A DNA stretch of 64,000 bases from contig DASUSN010000158.1 in NCBI GenBank assembly GCA_036375075.1, positions 70,791-134,790 on the forward strand, read 5' to 3'. This document shows positions 1 through 11,396 of the stretch, piece after piece. Every line of letters starts with the position of its first letter. Position 1 is the stretch's first letter. The notes beneath the pieces are model-generated. The model made no database searches. It was not told the DNA's origin and saw only the letters and a program-made list of their open reading frames with translations. Origin of the DNA: Thermoanaerobaculia bacterium (GTDB lineage Bacteria > Acidobacteriota > Thermoanaerobaculia > Gp7-AA8). A program made the translations under genes and the position numbers.

Positions 1-529
1 AGTAGAAGTTGTTGGTCTGGTCGTCCGTGCGCGTCGTGTCGCCGAACGTGAGCCGGTCGTTCTGCAGCAGGGCGAAGTAGCGGTTGTCGTAGTCCTTGGG
101 GATGCCGACCAGGACCAGGCCGCCGCGGACGCGCTCGAACTCCTGGTCGTCGTCCGAGGCGAGGTCGGGGAACTCGATCGTGTCGAAGACGGCGATGCGG
201 TAGGTGTAATTGCGCGCGTAGTACTTGTAGCGGAGGAACGTGGAGATGTCGCCGTTGACGAACTCGTAGTCGATCTGGCTCTCGAAGAGCACGTTGCGGA
301 TGAGTTTCCGCAAACGAACGCTGGCTTCCCCCTCCGGCAGGTAAATATTGACGCTGGGAAGCGATTCACGCCGTTCGTAGGCGCCGCTGGCGGCGTCGGA
401 GAGGACGCCGGGAGTGCCCGCAGGGGGCGGCGCGGTCTGGCCCGGAGGCGGCGTGGTCTCCTGTCCGAGAGCGAGTGTCGCGGACGTAAGAATTGCCGCA
501 AATACAGCGATTACAGAGGTTCTGGCCAT
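1..529 (-). CDS. hypothetical exported protein (5' part only; continues beyond window start)
   Basis: Absent from ORF track because it runs off the edge. Hand translation from ATG at 529-527 (minus) gives MARTSVIAVFAAILTSATLALGQETTPPPGQTAPPPAG...YKYYARNYTYRIAVFD..., open to position 1. N-terminus looks like a signal peptide. Confidence 0.6.
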   Translation of the reverse strand, partial: MARTSVIAVFAAILTSATLALGQETTPPPGQTAPPPAGTPGVLSDAASGAYERRESLPSVNIYLPEGEASVRLRKLIRNVLFESQIDYEFVNGDISTFLRYKYYARNYTYRIAVFDTIEFPDLASDDDQEFERVRGGLVLVGIPKDYDNRYFALLQNDRLTFGDTTRTDDQTNNFY

Positions 530-709
530 GCGATTTTCGTCCTCTTTTCTTGCGGCGAAGGTTATACCGCTCCACTCAACCTATGGTAAAGTCAAGTAGT
601 TGAAGTCTTTACGGAAAAGACTCCCGATCGCTCTGGCACACGTTTTGTAGCGGCGCGAGCATTGTAAGCCGGACCGTTATGACCGTGCACGTTGTTTAGG
701 AGGTGTGAC

Positions 710-2161
710 TTGTTGCGTAGCAAGCATCGGCTGCTTTTTCCCCTGCTGTGCTTTTTACTCGTCGGATCGACGTCCCTGTTCGCGCAGGATGCCGCCGTCG
801 AGATCAGCCGTGATGATCAGCTCCGGTTCTTTGCCCCCACTCACTCGGGGCAGACGGGCCTGTTCGAGACCGTGACGGCGGATACGCTCCGCCGGGGTCA
901 GTGGTCCTTTGGCGTGTATTTCAACGACTGGGATCTCACGGCCGGCGAAGCCGAGGACCTGGCTCCTCCCTCGGCTCGTGAGTACGAGGATTTGAGCTAT
1001 GACCTCTATCGCCTCAGCGCATCCATCGGCGTCGGCCTGACGGACCGCTGGGAGGTCAGTGCGATGTTGCCGTACGACCGGATCGTCAGCAATGGCGGTG
1101 ACCGCGTCGGCTTCATCAACGGCACTTTCGTACAAGGCGAGTTCGAAGAGAGTGGCATGGGCGCGGCGCGGCTGGCGACCAAGTTCATGCTCACCCCCGT
1201 CGAATCGCCCACGCGCTTCGCGCTGTCGGGGTTCATCGATCTCCCGACGGGCGATGACGACAGCGGGATCGCCACCGGCGGCACCGACTTCGGCATCGGC
1301 GGGCACGTGACGCGCGGCATCGGCTCGCTGGGCCTCAAGTACGTCGCGCGCGGCGATCGTGAAGACGACGACGTCGTGACCGGCGTCGGCGAGGTCTCGA
1401 TCCCGAACGAGTTCCGGCTGGACGCGGGCCTGAACGTCCCGATCGGCCTGTTCGGACCGGCGAACTGGATCAGCGAAGTGAACACGGTCTGGTACACGGG
1501 CGGTGACCGTGCTCCGGATGCGCCGATCTTCCTCGTGACCGGTCTGCGCAAGTGGTTCGGCACCAGCGGCTGGTCGCTCAGCGCGGGCGCCCGCTGGAAC
1601 GTCGCGAAGTTCATCGACAACAACGACGAATGCCGCTTCACGGAGCTCGACGACTGCGGCCTTTCCGGCCTGGTCGGCCTGACCTTCGCGCCGCTCGCAT
1701 TCGCTCGTGCCGAGCTTCCGCCGCCGCCGCCCCCGGTGGTCGAGGCGCCGCCTCCGCCGCCGCCTCCCGCGCCGGTGGCTCCGCCGGAGCAGCCCGTCGT
1801 GCCGCCGCGCACGCCGACGGAGATCCGCACCGACGAGATTCACTTCGAGCCGGGCTCGGCCCGTCTCACCAACATCGCCAAGGCCATCCTCGACGAAGTC
1901 GCCCTGCGCATGAAGCAGGAACCGTCGGCGACCGCTCTGGTGATCGGCTACACGGATGACCGGGAGAACACGGGCGCGAACCGTGACCTCGATCGCCGTC
2001 GCGCCGAGGCCGTCCGCGACTACCTCGTGACCCGCCACGGCATCGACCCGTCGCGCATCACGGTGGAAGGCCGCGGTACGTCCGATCCGGTGGGCGACAA
2101 CACGACCGCGGAAGGCCGTCTGCGCAACCGCCGCGTGGTGATCCGCCTCATCCTGCCGTAA
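710..2161 (+). CDS. OmpA-family outer-membrane protein (N-terminal barrel-like domain, Pro-rich linker, OmpA C-terminal domain)
   Basis: C-terminus IHFEPGSARL...VIGYTDDRENTGANRDLDRRRAEAVRDYL...NRRVVIRL is a classic OmpA_C domain. Linker PPPPPPVVEAPPPPPPPAP; signal peptide LLFPLLCFLLVGSTSLFAQD. AGGAGG at 698-703 favours TTG 710 over track start 692. Confidence 0.85.
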   Translation: MLRSKHRLLFPLLCFLLVGSTSLFAQDAAVEISRDDQLRFFAPTHSGQTGLFETVTADTLRRGQWSFGVYFNDWDLTAGEAEDLAPPSAREYEDLSYDLYRLSASIGVGLTDRWEVSAMLPYDRIVSNGGDRVGFINGTFVQGEFEESGMGAARLATKFMLTPVESPTRFALSGFIDLPTGDDDSGIATGGTDFGIGGHVTRGIGSLGLKYVARGDREDDDVVTGVGEVSIPNEFRLDAGLNVPIGLFGPANWISEVNTVWYTGGDRAPDAPIFLVTGLRKWFGTSGWSLSAGARWNVAKFIDNNDECRFTELDDCGLSGLVGLTFAPLAFARAELPPPPPPVVEAPPPPPPPAPVAPPEQPVVPPRTPTEIRTDEIHFEPGSARLTNIAKAILDEVALRMKQEPSATALVIGYTDDRENTGANRDLDRRRAEAVRDYLVTRHGIDPSRITVEGRGTSDPVGDNTTAEGRLRNRRVVIRLILP

Positions 2162-2183
2162 CACTTCAACAATCGCAGTCCGG

Positions 2184-2219
2184 AAAGCCCCCGCGCCGTT
2201 CGCGGGGGCTTTCTTTTTG
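2184..2219 (+). terminator. rho-independent terminator after OmpA-family gene
   Basis: aaagcccccgcg / ccgtt / cgcgggggcttt: perfect 12-bp stem followed by a cttttt run, about 20 nt after the stop codon. Confidence 0.75.
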
Positions 2220-2233
2220 CTGTCGGGAGTCGC

Positions 2234-4459
<2,226 letters not shown>

Positions 4460-4466
4460 GAGGGAG

Positions 4467-4542
4467 AGGACGTATAGGACGAATAGGACGTATAGGACGA
4501 ATAGGACCGTCCTATACGTCCTATACGTCCTATTCGTCCTAT
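4467..4542. repeat. word-repeat palindrome, family A (ataggacg words), copy 1
   Basis: aggacgtataggacgaataggacgtataggacgaataggac-c-gtcctatacgtcctatacgtcctattcgtcctat. Arms are tandem 9-nt words and their reverse complements. Sits between convergent stops (4459 and 4539). Confidence 0.9.
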
Positions 4543-5252
4543 GGCTCCCGCCCTAACACCATCGTCGCCAGTGCCACCGCCACCCGCCGGTCCATCGTGT
4601 CGCTGGTCAGTTCCAGCACGTCCCCCGAGCGCCGTTGGATGCGCCCCACCTCCACGCCCCCGTAGGACAACACCACGTTCGTCTCGAACTTGCGGCTGAA
4701 CTTCCCGAGGAGCTTCCGCAGCACCGCGCCGGTGAACGAGTCTTCGCGCGCCTCGCCGAGGTAGCGGCCGTCGTGGGCGATCGTCCACTTGTTGCGGCCG
4801 AGGCGGGAGAGCACGGACTTGCGCAGCTCCGCGAGCTGCGCGCCGTTGGGGGTCGTCACCACGTACGTCGCCGAGGGGAACACCTTCCGCTGCGAGATCG
4901 TCAGGGCGGGGCGGTTCTCCTCGAACAGCGTCACCTCCACGCGCGGCACGAGCATCGCGATCAGCAGCGCGAACGCCACCGTCAGCACCGCGGCGATCAC
5001 CGCCCGCAGCGGCGCGCCCTGATAGACCAGCAGCAGCACGCCCGCCGCCCCCGCGGCGGCCACGATGGCCACCAGGAACGCGGCGATCACGCCGACGATG
5101 CTGGCGAAGCTGCGGTAGGTGAGGAGCACCTGGTCGTTCGCCCCGCGGATCGTCGCCGTCTCTCCCGCGCGCACCCCGGTCGTGAAGCGGTATTGCGTCG
5201 ACGCGAAGGCGCCGAGAGGGGGGAGGGGCTCGGTGTGCGGTTCGACCTCCAC
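4539..5252 (-). CDS. membrane protein, possible LURP-one/Tubby-C-like cytoplasmic domain
   Basis: Two central TM helices (IVGVIAAFLVAIVAAAGAAGVLLLV, AVIAAVLTVAFALLIAMLV). The C-terminal soluble domain resembles LOR/scramblase-like proteins only weakly, by eye. 5-nt gap to the upstream FHA gene. Confidence 0.5.
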   Translation of the reverse strand: MEVEPHTEPLPPLGAFASTQYRFTTGVRAGETATIRGANDQVLLTYRSFASIVGVIAAFLVAIVAAAGAAGVLLLVYQGAPLRAVIAAVLTVAFALLIAMLVPRVEVTLFEENRPALTISQRKVFPSATYVVTTPNGAQLAELRKSVLSRLGRNKWTIAHDGRYLGEAREDSFTGAVLRKLLGKFSRKFETNVVLSYGGVEVGRIQRRSGDVLELTSDTMDRRVAVALATMVLGREP

Positions 5253-5257
5253 GTCAG

Positions 5258-5737
5258 CTACTTTTTTTTTAACTCCGCGGGGTCGACCTGTTCGTGCGGG
5301 ACGGTGGAAAGGTTGACCCGCTCGATGGTGGCCGTCGGGTGAATGTCGAGGTTCCCCAGGTCTTCGGTCGGCGGCACGGGCTGATCGAACGGCTCCGCCG
5401 GGCCGTCCGGTGCCGCGGCCAGCGGCGCCGCATCCGCCTCGGTCGGCAGCTCCTCGGAGAAGCGCCCGTAGGTGTTGCCCATGCGCAGGCGGGCGCCGTG
5501 GGTCAGGGGGGCGACGCGAATGCGCTTGCCGTTGACGTAGGTGCCGTTCGCGCTCGCCAGGTCGTGCAGCACGAAGAAGCCGCGCTCGAACACGATCTCG
5601 GCGTGATGCCGCGAGACCTTCGGGTCGCGGAGGATGATGTCGTTGCCCGGATCGCGCCCGAGGGTGAACGGGCGATGCGTCTGGAGCCGGTAACTTTTCT
5701 CCGCGCCATCGAGGCCGACGAAGAAGATCTTGGCCAT
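5258..5737 (-). CDS. FHA domain-containing protein
   Basis: FTLGRDPGNDIILRDPKVSRHHAEIVFERGFFVLHDLASANGTYVNGKRI is a canonical FHA core (GR...S.HH...D..S.NGT.VNG). Confidence 0.85.
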   Translation of the reverse strand: MAKIFFVGLDGAEKSYRLQTHRPFTLGRDPGNDIILRDPKVSRHHAEIVFERGFFVLHDLASANGTYVNGKRIRVAPLTHGARLRMGNTYGRFSEELPTEADAAPLAAAPDGPAEPFDQPVPPTEDLGNLDIHPTATIERVNLSTVPHEQVDPAELKKK

Positions 5738-5774
5738 TCGGGGGCGGATTGTAAGCGCAGTGCCGCGGCCTTGG

Positions 5775-6149
5775 CTATTTAGCCGTCATGGTCGCGGGCG
5801 GCCGCGACATCTCCAGGACCAGCTCGTCCACCGTCAGCGGCTTGGTCAGCCAGGAGCGGACCCGCGAGGGAAGGGCGGGCGGTGCGGGCTGCCCGCTGAT
5901 GACGATGATCTCGATGTCCCTCGTGCCGTCCTGTCCTCCCAGGCGCTCGACGACTTCCCGGCCGTCCATCAGCGGCATCATCCAGTCCAGCAGGATGTAA
6001 TCCGGCCTCTCGGTGGCGACCCGGTCCACGGCCTCGGCCCCGTTCGCCGCCAGCTTGACCTCGAACCCTCTCTGGTTCAGCCCGATCGCGTACAGCCGCC
6101 GGACATCTGCGTTGTCTTCCACCAGCAGAACCTTCGGCTTGCCACCCAT
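5775..6149 (-). CDS. single-domain response regulator (CheY-like receiver)
   Basis: Real start ATG 6149 (MGGKPKVLLVEDN...ILLDWMMPLMDG...LTKP). The 472-aa track ORF is a 5' over-extension running antisense to pyrR/pyrB. Confidence 0.85.
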   Translation of the reverse strand: MGGKPKVLLVEDNADVRRLYAIGLNQRGFEVKLAANGAEAVDRVATERPDYILLDWMMPLMDGREVVERLGGQDGTRDIEIIVISGQPAPPALPSRVRSWLTKPLTVDELVLEMSRPPATMTAK

Positions 6150-6230
6150 GAAGGCCGGAAAAGTGCAGGGCGCCTGCCAACCGTCAATCCATCGTGCTAT
6201 TCTCCGCCCCGCCTGATCGGGCACTCCGTT

Positions 6231-6767
6231 ATGAATGTGAAAAAACGTTTGCTGGATGGCGCGCGGATGAACCGCGCGATCCGCCGTATGGCGATCGAAG
6301 TCGTGGAGAAGAACCGCGGGCTGGACGATCTGATGATCGTCGGGATCCGCAGCCGTGGCGTTCCCATCGGCGAGAGGATGACCGCGGAGATCGAGCAGAT
6401 GGAGGGACAGCCGGTTCCGTTCGGCATCCTCGACATCACGCTCTACCGCGACGACCTCACCACCATCGCCCCGAACCCGGTGGTCAAGCCGACGAAGTTC
6501 CCGGAGCCGATCAACGACAAGGTCATCGTCCTGGTCGACGACGTCCTCTACACCGGGCGCACCGTGCGCGCGGCGCTGGACGCGCTGATCGACTTCGGCC
6601 GGCCGAAGCGCGTGATGCTCGCCGTCCTCGTCGACCGCGGCCATCGCGAGCTGCCCATCCACGCCGACGTGATCGGCAAGACCGTCCCCACCGACGCCGA
6701 CGAAGTGATCAAGGTGAAGCTGGCGGAGACGGACGGCGAAGACGAAGTCTTGATCATGGAGAAATGA
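6231..6767 (+). CDS. pyrR: bifunctional pyr operon regulator / uracil phosphoribosyltransferase PyrR
   Basis: [28 protein letters not shown]...[12 protein letters not shown]...ITLYRDDL...[22 protein letters not shown]...RGHRELPI. PRTase motif and PyrR-typical N-terminus. Start ATG 6231, inside the longer track ORF. Confidence 0.9.
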   Translation: MNVKKRLLDGARMNRAIRRMAIEVVEKNRGLDDLMIVGIRSRGVPIGERMTAEIEQMEGQPVPFGILDITLYRDDLTTIAPNPVVKPTKFPEPINDKVIVLVDDVLYTGRTVRAALDALIDFGRPKRVMLAVLVDRGHRELPIHADVIGKTVPTDADEVIKVKLAETDGEDEVLIMEK

Positions 6768-6847
6768 AGTCGCCGAGCCTTCGCGTCGTCGAGTCTTCGA
6801 GGACCGCGAAGCTTCTCGACGACTTGACGACCCGGCGACTCGACGAC
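6768..6847. repeat. word-repeat palindrome, family B (tcgacgac / gaagactc words), copy 1
   Basis: Fills the whole pyrR-pyrB spacer: gtcgccgagccttcgcgtcgtcgagtcttcgagg...cttctcgacgacttgacgacccggcgactcgacgac. Imperfect inverted repeat sharing words with 13012-13069 and 26826-26978. Confidence 0.8.
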
Positions 6848-6849
6848 TG

Positions 6850-7800
6850 ATGCGCGCAACCACTTCCGCCCTCAAATCGAAGGATCTTCTCGGCATCGAG
6901 CCCCTCACTCCCGAAGAGATCGCCCTCATCCTCGACACGGCCGAGGGATTCAAGGAAGTGAGCGAGCGGCCGGTGAAAAAAGTGCCGGCGCTCCGCGGCC
7001 AGCTGGTCATCAATCTCTTCATGGAGGCGTCGACGCGCACGCGCGTGTCGTTCGAGATCGCGGAAAAACGCCTCTCCGCCGACACGCTCAACTTCTCGGC
7101 GTCCGGCTCCGCGGTGGAGAAGGGCGAGACCCTCATCGACACGGCCGACAACCTCGTGGCCATGCATCCGAACATGATCGTGATCCGGCACAAGCATCCC
7201 GGATCGCCGCAGATGCTGGCCGAGCGCTACCCGAACATCTCCGTGATCAACGCCGGCGACGGCGCGCACGAGCACCCCACGCAGGCCCTCCTCGACGCCT
7301 TCACCATCCGCGAGCGCCTCGGGCGCCTGAGCGGCGTGAACGTCTCGATCGTCGGCGACATCAAGTATTCGCGGGTGGTGCGCTCGAACATCCACCTGCT
7401 GACCAAGATGAAGGCGAACGTGACCCTCGCGGCGCCGCCGACGCTCATCCCGACGGAGATCGAGAAGCTCGGCGTGCGCGTGGTGCACTCGCTCGACGAG
7501 GCCATCGAGGACACGGACGTGATCATGATGCTGCGCATCCAGCTCGAGCGGCAGGGGAAGCTGAGCTTCCCGTCGCTGCGCGAGTACTACAACACCTTCG
7601 GCCTGACCCGCGAGCGCCTGCGCCGCGCGAAGAAGGGCGTGCTGGTCATGCACCCCGGCCCCATGAACCGCGGCGTGGAGATCGCATCCGACGTGGCGGA
7701 CGACCCGACGTACTCCGTGATCCTGGACCAGGTGACGAACGGCGTCGCCGTCCGGATGGCGGTGCTGTATCTCCTCGGCGGAGCGCACTCGGAAGGATGA
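6850..7800 (+). CDS. pyrB: aspartate carbamoyltransferase catalytic subunit
   Basis: STRTR motif ([11 protein letters not shown]), [18 protein letters not shown]. Length and gene order (pyrR-pyrB-pyrC) fit. Confidence 0.95.
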   Translation: MRATTSALKSKDLLGIEPLTPEEIALILDTAEGFKEVSERPVKKVPALRGQLVINLFMEASTRTRVSFEIAEKRLSADTLNFSASGSAVEKGETLIDTADNLVAMHPNMIVIRHKHPGSPQMLAERYPNISVINAGDGAHEHPTQALLDAFTIRERLGRLSGVNVSIVGDIKYSRVVRSNIHLLTKMKANVTLAAPPTLIPTEIEKLGVRVVHSLDEAIEDTDVIMMLRIQLERQGKLSFPSLREYYNTFGLTRERLRRAKKGVLVMHPGPMNRGVEIASDVADDPTYSVILDQVTNGVAVRMAVLYLLGGAHSEG

Positions 7801-7822
7801 AGGCCGGAAGGACGAAGGCTGA

Positions 7823-9154
7823 ATGAATCTGCTCATCACCGGCGCGCGCGTCATCGACCCGAGCCAGGAGCTCGACGCAACGCTCGATCTTTTGATCGAG
7901 GACGGCGCGATTGCGAAGGCCGACAGGAAGATCAAGGCTCCCGCGGGCGTCGAGACCATCGACGCGAGCGGTCTGGTCGCGACGCCGGGCTTCATCGACC
8001 TGCACACGCACCTGCGCGAGCCGGGGCAGGAGCACAAGGAAACGATCGCCACCGGCACGCGTGCCGCGGTGGCGGGCGGCTATACGGCTGTCTGCGCCAT
8101 GGCCAACACCGTTCCGCCGAACGACGAGCGCGCGGTGACGGAGATGGTCGTCGCGGAAGCAGCGCGCAACGGCTGGTGCCGGGTGTATCCGGTCGGCGCG
8201 GTGAGCAAGGGCCTCAAGGGCGAAGAGCTGGCGGAGCTGGCGGAGCTGCGCGCGGCGGGCTGCGTCGCGGTGAGCGACGACGGCAAGCCGGTGTGGAACG
8301 CGCAGCTCATGCGCCGGGCGCTCGAGTACTGCTCGATGCTGGGGATGCCCGTCGTCGCGCACGAGGAAGATGCCAACCTGAACGAAGGCGGCGTCATGCA
8401 CGAGGGCTTCTACTCGACCCTCCTGGGCATGCGCGGCATCCCCGCGGCGTCCGAGGAGACGCTGGTGGCGCGGGACGTGATCCTGGCCAGGCTGACCGGC
8501 GCGCACGTGCACATCGCCCATCTGTCGACGGCCGGGGCGGTGGACGCCGTGCGCCGCGCCCGCGCGGAGGGGGTGAAGGTGACGTGTGAAGTCACGCCGC
8601 ACCACATCGCCCTCGGCGACGCCAGCGTGCAGTCGTTCTCGACGAACCTGAAGATGAACCCGCCGCTGCGCAGCGAGGAGCATCGCCAGGCCATCCTCGC
8701 GGGCATCGAGGACGGGACCGTGGACGCGATCGCCACCGACCACGCCCCGCACCATTTCGACGAGAAGAACGTGGAGTTCGACCTCGCCCCGTTCGGGGTG
8801 ATCGGCTTGGAGACGGCGTTCGCGGTCTGCTACGACCGGCTGGTGCGCACCAAAGTGATCGGCCTGCCGCGCCTGATCGAGCTGCTCTCCAGCGGCCCGG
8901 CCCGGGTCTTCGGCCTGCCGGGCGGCACGCTCCGCGCAGGAGCCCTGGGGGACGTGACGCTGATCGATCTCGACGCGCGGTACGAGGTGACGCGCGCCCT
9001 GTTCCTGTCGAAGGCCGCGAACTCACCGTTCGTGGGCGAGACGCTGCAGGGACGGGCGGTGACGACGATCGTCGGCGGCGTGGTGAGACACGACATTCGC
9101 GACCGTGCCGGAAGCGCGGACGCGGATTCGAAGAAACAGCGAAAACGAAAATGA
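7823..9154 (+). CDS. pyrC: dihydroorotase (amidohydrolase class I type)
   Basis: GFIDLHTHLREPG metal-binding HxH, ...ATDHAPHH..., about 440 aa, directly after pyrB. Confidence 0.9.
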   Translation: MNLLITGARVIDPSQELDATLDLLIEDGAIAKADRKIKAPAGVETIDASGLVATPGFIDLHTHLREPGQEHKETIATGTRAAVAGGYTAVCAMANTVPPNDERAVTEMVVAEAARNGWCRVYPVGAVSKGLKGEELAELAELRAAGCVAVSDDGKPVWNAQLMRRALEYCSMLGMPVVAHEEDANLNEGGVMHEGFYSTLLGMRGIPAASEETLVARDVILARLTGAHVHIAHLSTAGAVDAVRRARAEGVKVTCEVTPHHIALGDASVQSFSTNLKMNPPLRSEEHRQAILAGIEDGTVDAIATDHAPHHFDEKNVEFDLAPFGVIGLETAFAVCYDRLVRTKVIGLPRLIELLSSGPARVFGLPGGTLRAGALGDVTLIDLDARYEVTRALFLSKAANSPFVGETLQGRAVTTIVGGVVRHDIRDRAGSADADSKKQRKRK

Positions 9155-9528
9155 GGAAGCGCGTCGTGATCGTCGATGACTCCGCGTCCTATTGCGATCT
9201 CTGGTCGAACTTCATCCTGGAGCGCTACGCGGACGTCGCCAACATCGAGACTTACACCCACCCCTACGATGCCCTGCCGAAGATCGACGACTCCATCGAC
9301 CTCCTCATCGTCGACCTGGAGATGCCGGGCATGGACGGGAAGAAGTTCGTCGAGTACGCCCGCGCCAAGGGCCTCTCGCCCCGCCGCATCGTGGTGACGT
9401 CGTCCCACTCGGCCGACGTCCTCCACCAGCGTTTCCGCATCGGCGAGACCATCGCGGTGATCAACAAGACCGAGCCGAAACAGCAGGAGGCGTTCCTCAT
9501 GATCCTCGATTCGATCATGCGGAGGTAG
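9151..9528 (+). CDS. single-domain response regulator (receiver)
   Basis: VVIVDDS...LLIVDLEMPGMDG...VINKTEP. Start ATG overlaps the pyrC stop (ATGA). Confidence 0.8.
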   Translation: MRKRVVIVDDSASYCDLWSNFILERYADVANIETYTHPYDALPKIDDSIDLLIVDLEMPGMDGKKFVEYARAKGLSPRRIVVTSSHSADVLHQRFRIGETIAVINKTEPKQQEAFLMILDSIMRR

Positions 9529-9581
9529 TCCTGAGTAGGCCGGGCAGCACCCAGCACTGAGGACTCAGCACTCAGCACTTA

Positions 9582-9587
9582 TATAAT
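9582..9587 (+). promoter_or_regulatory. candidate -10 box (TATAAT) placed for a leaderless PilT transcript
   Basis: Perfect TATAAT in GC-rich DNA, 7 nt upstream of the GTG start at 9595. No Shine-Dalgarno sequence between them and no convincing -35. Confidence 0.3.
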
Positions 9588-9594
9588 CCCGGCC

Positions 9595-11046
9595 GTGACC
9601 GTCGCCCCCGAACCGCAAGCCCCGGCGTTCTCGTTGAACGACCTGCTGGTCTACATGTCCAAGCAGCAGGCGTCGGACCTTCATCTGAAGCCGATGCGGC
9701 CGCCGCTGGTGCGCGTGCAGGGGAAGCTGATCGCGGTCAAGACCGACCCTCTCAAGCCCGTCGACCTGGAGCGCATGCTGCTGCCGCTCCTGAACCGCGT
9801 GCAGAAGGAGAAGTTCGACCAGACGCAGTCGGTCGACTTCGGGTACGGCGTCCCGGGCGTGGCGCGGTTCCGCGCGAACATCTACATGCAGCGCGGCACG
9901 GTCGGCGCGGTCTTCCGCCGCATCCCCATCCAGGTCCAGACCATCGACGCGCTCGAGCTGCCGCTGGCCGTGCGCGACATGACCCAGATCCCGGATGGCC
10001 TGGTGCTCGTGACCGGCCCCACCGGCTCGGGCAAGTCGACGACGCTCGCGGCGATGATCACCGAGATCTGCGAGCACGAGCCGCTGCACATCGTCACCAT
10101 CGAGGACCCGATCGAGTTCCTCTTCCAGGACAAGGTCGCGGCGATCTCGCAGCGCGAGGTGGGCACGGACACGCCCACGTTCAAGGAAGCGCTCCGCAAC
10201 GCCATGCGCCAGGACCCGGACGTGATCATGGTCGGCGAGATGCGCGACGTGGAGACGATGCAGACCGTGCTCACCGCCGCGGAGACGGGCCACTTGGTCT
10301 TCTCCACGCTGCACACGAACAACGCCGCGCAGACGCTGGACCGCATCATCGACGCTTTTCCGCCCGACCAGCACAAGCAGATCCGCTCGCAGCTCTCGCT
10401 CGTGCTGCGCGGCGTGATCTCGCTCAAGCTGGTCAAGACTACCTCGGGGAAGATGACCGCGGCGGTGGAGGTCCTCAAGGCCTCGCCGCGCGTGGCCAAG
10501 CTGATCGAGGAGGGCCACACCAAGGACCTGCTCGAGGAGATCGAGTCGTCGGTCGGCCTCTATCGCATGCAGTCGATGAATCAGTCGCTCATCGCCCTGC
10601 TCGTGCATCAGAAGATCACCTATGCCGACGCCATGGAGCTGTCGAGCGATCCCGACGACCTTTCACTCAAGCTCCGCAAGCTCTTCCCGCAGATCGAAGA
10701 GCGCGTCCGCCAGGGAGGAGACATGGCCCCCAGTTACTCCGATTTTTCGCAGATCACCGAGCTGATGGACATCAAGCGGCTCTACGAAGAGCAGGAAGTC
10801 CAGTGGCGCCAGCGCCTCGGCGACAAGGACGAGCAGCTCGAAGGCCTGCGCCACGACGTCGACTACCTCCGTGCCCAGGTCGCCCAGGCCGCCGGCGGCG
10901 ACAAGCAGAAGGACGAGGAGATCGCCCGCCTCCGCGGCGAGTCCGAGCGTCTCCGCGCCGACGCCCAGGCCAAGATCACCCAGCTCCAGGAGCGCATCAA
11001 GGAGCTGAACCAGAAGCTCATGGCCGTAACCCCCCAGAAGCGATGA
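9595..11046 (+). CDS. pilT: type IV pilus retraction ATPase PilT-like, with long C-terminal coiled-coil extension
   Basis: ASDLHL, Walker [21 protein letters not shown], Asp/His boxes ([24 protein letters not shown]). About 125 extra C-terminal residues are heptad-rich (…[35 protein letters not shown]). Confidence 0.85.
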   Translation: MTVAPEPQAPAFSLNDLLVYMSKQQASDLHLKPMRPPLVRVQGKLIAVKTDPLKPVDLERMLLPLLNRVQKEKFDQTQSVDFGYGVPGVARFRANIYMQRGTVGAVFRRIPIQVQTIDALELPLAVRDMTQIPDGLVLVTGPTGSGKSTTLAAMITEICEHEPLHIVTIEDPIEFLFQDKVAAISQREVGTDTPTFKEALRNAMRQDPDVIMVGEMRDVETMQTVLTAAETGHLVFSTLHTNNAAQTLDRIIDAFPPDQHKQIRSQLSLVLRGVISLKLVKTTSGKMTAAVEVLKASPRVAKLIEEGHTKDLLEEIESSVGLYRMQSMNQSLIALLVHQKITYADAMELSSDPDDLSLKLRKLFPQIEERVRQGGDMAPSYSDFSQITELMDIKRLYEEQEVQWRQRLGDKDEQLEGLRHDVDYLRAQVAQAAGGDKQKDEEIARLRGESERLRADAQAKITQLQERIKELNQKLMAVTPQKR

Positions 11047-11396
11047 CCACCCGACCGACCAGACAGCTCGAGACCTTCGCCAACCCCAACCCCCAGCGCG
11101 ACTACGAGATCGCGTTCGAGGCGCCGGAGTTCACCTGCCTCTGCCCCATGACCGGCCAGCCCGACTTCGCCACCATCCGCATCCGCTACGTGCCGGACGT
11201 GAAGTGCGTGGAGCTGAAGTCGTTGAAGTTGTACCTGTGGTCCTACCGCGACGAAGGCACCTTCCACGAGGCGGTGACCAACCGCATCGCGGACGACCTG
11301 ATCGCCGCGATCGACCCGCGGTACCTGATGGTGGAGGGGGACTTTTACGTTCGTGGCGGGATCTCCACGAAGGTGAAGGTGGAGCACCGGAAATAG
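11043..11396 (+). CDS. queF: NADPH-dependent 7-cyano-7-deazaguanine (preQ0) reductase
   Basis: [23 protein letters not shown]...[13 protein letters not shown]...FHE: QueF type I signature. ATG 11043 overlaps the pilT stop (ATGA). The track ORF from 10803 is over-extended. Confidence 0.9.
   Translation: MTTRPTRQLETFANPNPQRDYEIAFEAPEFTCLCPMTGQPDFATIRIRYVPDVKCVELKSLKLYLWSYRDEGTFHEAVTNRIADDLIAAIDPRYLMVEGDFYVRGGISTKVKVEHRK

Noticed and set aside
755-2164. 469-aa minus-strand ORF, plus several other ORFs, overlapping the OmpA-family gene
   Set aside because: It is antisense to a gene with clear OmpA_C motifs. The translation is Arg/Ala/Gly/His-rich low-complexity sequence typical of GC-rich shadow frames.
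5253-5266. T-run (ctactttttttttaac) as a terminator tail
   Set aside because: It is the complement of the AAA AAA AAG TAG codons ending the FHA gene (…ELKKK*), and there is no preceding stem.
6066-6075. CCAGAGAGGG, a PyrR-box-like word near pyrR
   Set aside because: It is on the minus strand inside the response-regulator coding sequence (codons for NQRGF). It cannot be part of the pyrR/pyrB transcript and is most likely coincidence.
9529-9581. cagcact-rich stretch after the receiver gene as a ninth palindrome family
   Set aside because: There is only a 9-bp stem with one mismatch (gtcctgagt / actgaggac) plus low-complexity direct repeats. This is too weak to call a family from a single copy.
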